Positions 55,144 through 64,000 of a stretch of DNA of 64,000 nucleotides are shown here, piece after piece. The stretch is taken from NCBI RefSeq assembly GCF_009914755.1, contig NC_060925.1; one strand, 5' to 3'. Positions within the stretch are counted from its first letter, which is position 1; each line of letters opens with the position of its first letter. The DNA is from the human T2T-CHM13v2.0 reference genome, Homo sapiens. The notes under the pieces were generated by a model, which saw only the letters and a program-made list of their open reading frames with translations, was not told where the DNA came from and ran no database searches. The translations under genes were made by a program, and so were the position numbers.

Positions 55144-56924
55144 TGTGGGTATATGGTTTTTATCAAATTTGCAAAATGGTCCGCCATTATTTCTTCCTAT
55201 CTTTTTTCTGTATCCCCTGCTCTCCCCTCCCCCTGCTTGAAGTTGTCCTACAGCTCAGTGGTGCTGTTTATTTAGTTTTTTTGCTGCTTTTTTTTCCCCT
55301 CTCGGTGTTAGCTATTTCTGACATACGTGTGTGTTATGTAACCCTAGCTGTACTATGCGCACCTGGAAGATTCTTTGTACCTCTGTAACCAGACCGATCC
55401 TTGGAAGGCTGGTCATTGTAGGATGCTCATGTCCAGGCATCTCCTTGAGGCTTTAGCTGGGTAGTTTTGGGAACCAACAAAGGGCATCTGACTTTGCATG
55501 TCAAGAATCAAACTGTGGGTATTTGTTAATCTTTGACATGAGATGACACTATCAAAAAAGAACAGAATTTTTTTTAAAAAAATAAGCTTTGATACTTCTG
55601 AGGAGGCCTGATCCTTATTAAGTCCTGGCTAAGGAAACAGCTACTCAGGATCACTTCCCTTATATCCTGGTGCCCACTAGCCAGAAGATGGGGAGAGGTC
55701 ATAACAGATATCCCTGACACAGAGCATGGAAAACCCAGAGTTCATGCAATGTTGAGAGCAGATCCACTGGATGAAGTTGTATATTTTATGCACCTGGGGG
55801 TGAGAAGAACTGAAAATGCCTCTTATTATTTCAACCAAAAACAATGCCATTATATAATTGATACAGAGGTGCTGCTGCATAGGGTAGTAGGAGCACTGAT
55901 TGAGAGGCTGGTTTCTACTAGATCAGTATAAAAAGACGTTAAGTGCTATATAAGCCCTATTGGATAGAGATAGTGGGAAACAAAGGGGTAGGTTTTTGGC
56001 AACTTGGAACATCCATACACTGTGCAGGAAACATACTATCCAAGAGAAAGCCAGCGCATGTTGAAGTACCAGGCCCCTGGGAGGTAAGCACAGAAGTGAG
56101 GAGGTGGACAGGGGTTAGAGGGGAGCCAGCACAGCATGGAGTATGGTGCTTACTTCAACATGGCCTTTTGAGTAGAGTCATATTAACAACTGCCAACTAG
56201 GGGCTCCTACGTACCAGTCCCCAGCTGGAAGATAGCCCAGAGAAGTATGGCAGGCTTAGGTTTAAGAACCATTGGGATTAATGCAAAGGTAAACTTACAG
56301 TTTTGTTCAAAGCTTCTGAGCTTTAAGTTAGCAAGTTACAGGGAACACGTGAATACTAATTAAGAAATGGCGGTATGCTTTGTAGACTTGGGGGCCTTGA
56401 TTACGAACTATCTTAAGGTTTACTACTATCCTGAGTCCCTACCTGAGAACTTCTCTTTCCCCTTAAAACACACATGTTCCTGGTTTAGCCCTTGGATACA
56501 GTGCGCAGAGATATATATGCAAGAAACTTTTGGATTAGGGGTCCTGTTGCCCTTTGAGAAAGTGTGAACATTTGGCTATACCCTCTGACTGAATGAGCTC
56601 TTTAAGCCTTCTGAATGTTGGTTCACTTGACAAAGACAGATTGAAGTCTCAGGTGTGTTCCTAGGAGGGCAGGAAATAGTCAAGTTGCTGCTAGATCTAG
56701 AATGGTTATCTGAGAGACATGGGTTGTTACAGCAAACTTGGGAACAAGGGAGAAAACCTCTGGGCTATGAAACTTTTACAGAAAGAGACTCATTAAACTG
56801 ATAGTGGCCCTGAGAAAATAACCATATAATTGCCAGTGCTAGGGGAATATTTCTTGCCCGAAAGTCATGTCCACCCTCCTCACAAGCAAACCTCACAGAG
56901 TTTTGTTTCTTTTCCCATCCACAG

Positions 56925-57000
56925 GTAACAGTCCTTTGGACAGCCCCCGGAATTTCTCTCCAAATGCACCTGCTCACTTTTCTTTTGTTCCTGCCCGTAG
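56925..57000 (+). CDS. MAST2: MAST2 coding exon, 76 nt: [25 protein letters not shown]
   Basis: Acceptor ttttcccatccacag|GTAACAG, donor CGTAG|gtaagt; in phase with the 18583-18674 exon across a 38.25-kb intron. Confidence 0.96.
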
Positions 57001-57919
57001 GTAAGTTGATAGGAAACCTCCTCTGGGACCAGCACATGTGGCACTTGCATGAGGGTTAATTGAATGTCAGATTCCTCCTTTAAGTGTCACTACTCTTTCA
57101 AGTGTATTACCTGAAGCTCCCATCCATCAAAACTCTGTCTTTGCTTTCCTCTCCTAGGTTGTAATGATCGTGTTCTGGTTTTGCTTTATAGGTGCCCCAT
57201 GTATTTGTGTTTGAATGTTTAAACAGGAGAGTAGATATTAAGTAAAAGTAGATTTATTTGTATAATTCACTTTTTTTTTTAAGTCCCTGATGTCCTACGG
57301 GTATGTTCCAAAGCATTATACTCTCAATTTAGAACTGTCCTACAGTGATGAATGAGAAAATAAGCTCTCCTCCAGGAGGACCCAAAGTTATACTCTTTGT
57401 CCTCTCTAACTCAGCTAGTTTAAAGCAGCTGAAAGGGCTCTTTGTGCCTCTCTCCTTGACTTTGAGCTGGAGTTCGTTTGGGGGATAAAGAGACTACAGG
57501 GACTTCACTTTTCCTTCTATGAATTTAGAAAGATTTGGTGCATACAGAGCCATGCTTACAGTCCTCCTCCCATGTTTCTTCCCTCTTGAGAGTGATAACA
57601 AACCTGTCTCTGGCCCATGGCAGCAACGCTGACAGCTCTGCCTGTGGCTGGAATATCATCAGGCCTTTAGAGAAAGCTGAATGAGATTAATCCATCCAAA
57701 TCACATACCTAGGCTCTATACACACATGATTTCTTGTCAGAACTTTTCTAAGATTCTTTGCCAGAGTTTATATTTATTTTATTTTATTTTTTAATTTTTA
57801 AAATTGTTCTTGGTTAGAGTTAGTCCCTGGTATAAGACCTCCAGGAAAATTATGGTTCCAGATTTGTAACCTTTAATGGATGGAGAATGTAATATAGCTG
57901 GAGACCAGGACAGTTTTAA

Positions 57920-58233
<314 letters not shown>

Positions 58234-58689
58234 ACTTAGACTACTTTTTAAAAAAAGACATATTAGGAAAAAGAGAGGCTCCTGGAAATGGTGTTAACTC
58301 ACTATTCCAATGATAACCCAAAATAAATCCATCCTCTTTCCAGGATTCTTTGCAGCTGAAAAGAACATGAACAGGTTGGGATAAGTTTGATAGCTGACGT
58401 GGGTTTCCTCCTTCAACCCACTTACCTTATTCAAAACAAATTTTATCCAGGTTTGTTCCACGGGCTCATCTCTCCTACCCTATGGAACTTCCAATTTGTT
58501 AAGCAAGGATCCAGATAAGATCACTTACAGTATAAGAATATGCTGGTTTGATGCATTTGTTTGTCCAACCCAGCTGGAAAGACTTATCCCAGACTTCTTG
58601 CCTGGACTATATATAAACTGTACTCTCAGAGTAGGTACGAGCTGGGACACCAAGACCTGTGGCTAGATCCCCATAGGTGGCATTGAGTT

Positions 58690-59680
<991 letters not shown>

Positions 59681-59782
59681 ATACCATGGGTCTGTTTCAT
59701 TGCCTGGGTTTAGGAGTAGGACCAACTAGGAGGCTTCAGGGCCTGGTTTTTTACCACTGAGACCCAAACAGGTCTATGCTAA

Positions 59783-59894
59783 GTGGCATGACATTTGAGT
59801 CATGTGCATGGAACATGGATCTCTGGGCTGTCCTCTTATACAACATAGTAAGAAAAGCTGCTGGTTATTGGTGGGATGGGGAGAAGTGTTTCAA
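59783..59894 (+). repeat. Direct repeat copy 1 (112 bp), not recognised as a TE
   Basis: About 79% identical by hand alignment to 60841-60953. Confidence 0.85.
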
Positions 59895-60159
59895 CCCTGC
59901 CAAACAGAGTATCAGGAATCGTTTGTTTCTGTGTTACTGGCTGGCGCTTTGGAGGATCACATTGGTTTGCAATGTCAAACAAAAGACAGATTGAATTGAA
60001 CACTAAGGATAGACCCATTGGTCCTACAATTTCACTTCAAACTATCACACATTCCTAAACAGAAGGAATGTGCCAAGCTAGACCAAATACCAAGATTCAA
60101 AAAGATCACTCTCTCTGGTTCCTTTGGTTCTCACTATAATGTGTATTTTTTTACTACAG

Positions 60160-60180
60160 CCATAGCCACAGAGCTGACAG
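60160..60180 (+). CDS. MAST2: MAST2 alternative microexon, 21 nt, inserts SHSHRAD
   Basis: Acceptor gtatttttttactacag|CCATAGCCACAGAGCTGACAG|gtaata; phase 2-2, no stop; gives ...VPAR-SHSHRAD-RTDGRRW. Confidence 0.8.
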
Positions 60181-60188
60181 GTAATAGC

Positions 60189-60228
60189 GGGTATAATGGG
60201 GAGAGGGGCTGGGAAACTGCTATGCATG
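60189..60228 (+). promoter_or_regulatory. Candidate intronic splicing enhancer: four G-runs (G4 motif) plus an RBFOX TGCATG site
   Basis: GGGtataatGGGGagaGGGGctGGG (60189-60213) and TGCATG (60223-60228) just downstream of the microexon donor. Confidence 0.55.
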
Positions 60229-60840
60229 GCCAGACAATATGGTTTGTGATGTTGTGGTTGGTGAAAACTGGTTGTGATGATTCTTCTCTGACTGTGGGTA
60301 TGAACATTGGGCCTTTCATGTCTTGCAAAGAGGCCCAAAGGGATCTCCCTCTACCTGCTGGAACCAAGGCTCAGAGCTCATATGCTTGGAGGCAGGAATT
60401 GCTGAATAGTTCCAAACTTCTGAGCTTAGGGACAAGTCACCCTTATTCCCACAGCTTTGCACAGTCAGATGACTGCAGTGACCAGATAGAGGAAATAGAG
60501 GCATCATGTGGTGGCATTTCTTCCTGACTCTGGTGGCCCCTGCTGTTCATTATACAGAGAAATTGCTGCCATGCAGCTAGTTTTCATTTCTATCTAAGGG
60601 GAGGAAAACTCACATGTACAAAAGTGTATTTGACAAGGGTTTGGGAAATCCATCCCTGAGTTATACTTGTCTCATCTTTGCTGAGCTATTTCCTGGAACC
60701 GACTTGTTTTATTGTGTGGTGCTCCCAGGACCCAGCAAAGAGGTCAAAGAGAACATCATGTCTGAGCACCTTCCTGGACATGTCTGAACCTCAGAGACTA
60801 GGTTCCAGCAGAGTTATAGCCTATATGTGCTGCTGCCAGG

Positions 60841-60953
60841 GTGGCATGAAGTTTGAGTCATGTGCATGTGGCATGGAACCTGCGGCTCACCCCTTACAGA
60901 ACAGAGTAGAAAAGCTGCTAGGTATTGGTGAGGGTGGGGAGGAGTGCTTCGAA
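60841..60953 (+). repeat. Direct repeat copy 2 (113 bp)
   Basis: Shares gtggcatga..tttgagtcatgtgcatg and gaaaagctgct...tattggtg with copy 1. Confidence 0.85.
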
Positions 60954-61967
60954 GGGAGAAGCCCCAGCAAGATTTATTCCTTTTTGCTTCTTCTTCTCCC
61001 TGTCCCTGCCATAACCATGAAGCCTTGAACAAACCACCCAAATCTCAGGATCTTAGTGTTTTCTCTGTAAATTGTAATATGAACTTATAAAGATCCTCCA
61101 TTGCTGATAGTCTCAGGTTCTGTGAGTAACAGCAAAAAAACTTTGTATCTAACTTCAACCAGAGCAGGCTGTACCCTTAAGCTCTACAAAAAAGAATACA
61201 CCACATCCCACAGTCCAGGCAAAGAATCACACGTTCATATTATAAAAGTTTCAAACTAGATCCCTGCTTGATCTTTCCCCTCTACAGTAAAGCAAATAAC
61301 TGTGGCGGGGTGGGGGGGCATGTTTTGTTTGTTTGTTTTGATGAGAGCTGTGGGGAGCATCCTTTTGAGAGCAGCAGGAAGCCTCCCCCAAAGTCTCATA
61401 TACAGCTAAGGGTATGTCACCTCCCTTCTCTTTCATAAAGTTACTGTCACTCTTCGACAGACATTCCCAAATATTGGTTTTATGAGTCCTAACGGCTCCT
61501 AGGCAGCCTATAACTGTTTCCCATTGATTAGCTCAGTTCAGACCCAGATGGTGGCCCACTTCTTCCTGTTGTCAGCCAGTGGCCTGGGGAAGACCAAAGA
61601 GCCCTTAACACGGAGCCTTCACAAATGGAAATAGCTGCATTTCAGTGGCAGTTCTATCTTGTAATGTTGCCTATAGCTGGAATCCTCTGTCATTGTTTCT
61701 ATGAAAGTAAGTTGAGAGTATGAAAATATATATTCCAAAACCACAGTATTATATGACAGATGTTCTTCTGTTATACAAAGTTATGGACTATTTTATAGTC
61801 AGAGATGTCTGTCTTTGCAGGGAAAACAACAATAAGCCCTCTGTAGGGGAGAGATATAAAAGCATGTACTGGACTGAGCAGTAATGTCTTAAGGAGGAGC
61901 CCTACAGTGAATCAACTGCCCCCAAAATGCTGATGAACAGACAGGCAGGTTGTGGGTCAGGGTGTAG

Positions 61968-62204
<237 letters not shown>

Positions 62205-62678
62205 TGAGAGATGATGTTGGGTGCAACAGAGGGCTGGGGTCCCTTCCCAACCATAGCCAGCTCCATAAGTGCCTTCGGAAAGGATGACCAGTGCCCTCTC
62301 TGGGAATCAGTTACTTCTAGTGGAGGCAGAGGAGAGCTTGAGGATGAACTTTTGCTTTGACAGTGAGACCAGATATGGGGACTCCTAAGCACACTTCCCC
62401 TACTCCTCCATCCTTATTTCTAGAACTGGAACCAAGAGCAGATCACCTTTCTCATATCTGAAGCACTTGGTAGACTCTCCCCTCTTTTTCACCTTTTTCT
62501 TTCAAAAAAGAAGGGAAGAGTGATTGTTATTTGATATCCAAGTTTGATGCATATGAAGCAAAAAGCTGGACCTGTCTCTAAAACGTTTATTTCTTTTGGA
62601 GAATGTTTTAGCCTAAAACACAAGAGCTGTACTAATTGCTGCTATGCACAATTGACCCTTAAGCCCTCATTGAGCAAC

Positions 62679-63584
62679 TTTTTTTTTTTTGAAAGAGTGT
62701 CACTGTCACCCAGGCTGGAGTGCAGTGGCGCAATCACGGCTCGCTGCAGCTTCAACCTCCCCAGGCTCAGATGATCCTCCCACCTCATTCTCCTAAGTAG
62801 ACTGGGACTGCAGGGGCATGCCACCACCCTGTAGCAGGCTAATTTTTTGTAGAGAGGGGGTTTCATCATGTTTCCCAGGCTGGTCCCAAATTTCTGGGCT
62901 CAAGCGATCCATCTGCCTTGGCTTCCCAAAGTGCTAGGATTACAGGCGTGAACTGCCACACCCAGCCGAGCAACTTTTTATTAAAACCACAGTGACAAGG
63001 TTGGCCAACTTTTTCTGTAAAGAGCCCAACGTGGAGTAAATGTTTTAGTCTTTGAAGGCCATACAGAAGCAGGCCGTAGACCTGCTGACCCCATCCCCAT
63101 TACTTGCAGCATTCTTCAGGTCTTCCCTGCTCAGTGTGCCTTTATTCCTGAATCTCGAGCAGGGAAAAGGAGTACATTTCCTCTCCCAACCTAGATACTA
63201 CTATCACATTAATCCAAAGATGTCATTGGTCTTTGGCAACTGTTAAGTTTAAGATCTTTCTCTAATAAACATTCCCCTTCCCGGGCCAGGCGCAGTGGCT
63301 CACACCTGTAATCCTGGCACTTTGGGAGGCTGAGGCAGGCTGATCGCAAGGTCAGGAGATCGAGACCATCGTGGCTAACATGGTGAAACCCCGTCTCCAC
63401 TAAAAATACAAAAAATTAGCTGGGCGTGGTGGTGGGCGCCTGTAGTCCCAGCGTCTCAGGAGGCTGAGGCAGGAGAATCGCTTGAACCCAGGAGGCGGAG
63501 ATTGCCATGAGCCGAGATCACACCACTGCACTCCAGCCTGGGTGACAGAGCAAGACTATCTCAAAAAAAAAAAAAAAAAAAAAA
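62679..63584. mobile_element. AluJ - (62679-62967), MER58-like remnant (~62995-63095), AluS/Y + (63283-63584)
   Basis: Alu similarity, TSD gagcaactttt; ggttggccaactttttctgtaaag MER58-type start. Confidence 0.8.
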
Positions 63585-64000
63585 TCCCCTTTCCCATAAC
63601 TCTTCACTCAAACAAGTGATTTTTTTAGAACCAAGGTAAGTCTCATCTGCAAATTTTAAGACTTAACTCATTGCTCCAGCTTATTAGGATTCTTTAAAAT
63701 ACCAGTTTTGCCCACTGTAGTTTACATTGCCTCACTAGTTTCATGTTAGCTATAGCTGGTAAGAATATTTTTTGCAACTTTGATCCAAATCATTTATTAA
63801 AATGGGGCCAAGAAATAACCCTGTGGAGACATCTCACTCGCTGTTTATAACTTCATGTATTATAGCATTCTATGAGAGAAAATGTGCACTGTTAGCAAAA
63901 AAGAAATGCTGATTTCTCACTTGTTTATTGAGCCTGTGACAACAGAGTTATCTCAGTGTGGTGCTTTAGCTTTGATTCTTAAATGGATTTAGATATTTAA

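Noticed and set aside
60018-60527. 169-aa + strand ORF overlapping the microexon
   Set aside because: Non-ATG start, no recognisable domain, different frame from the microexon, and it reads through splice signals.

Overview
Primate (almost certainly human) genomic DNA lying entirely inside the + strand gene MAST2 (microtubule-associated Ser/Thr kinase 2). The assignment comes from manual translation of three constitutive exons (18583-18674, 56925-57000, 62006-62084), which join in frame as [82 protein letters not shown]. There is also a 21-nt frame-preserving microexon (60160-60180). Most of the rest is transposon-derived intron: about 45 Alus, several L1s, L2/MIR, solo LTRs and hAT/Tigger elements. 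Nearly all ORFs in the supplied track are repeat by-products. The most notable observations are: (1) a near-complete fossil Merlin (IS1016/IS1595-related) DNA transposon with TIRs, an 8-bp TSD and a readable DDE transposase at 15302-16348; (2) an apparent ancient ~1.1-kb tandem duplication around the microexon, leaving a motif-rich 112-bp direct repeat and a decayed sister microexon at ~61288; (3) a candidate alternative first exon at ~13.5 kb giving an [13 protein letters not shown]-terminus; (4) an exon junction that re-creates a 5' splice site. Repeat subfamily names are from recall of consensus sequences and their boundaries are approximate.
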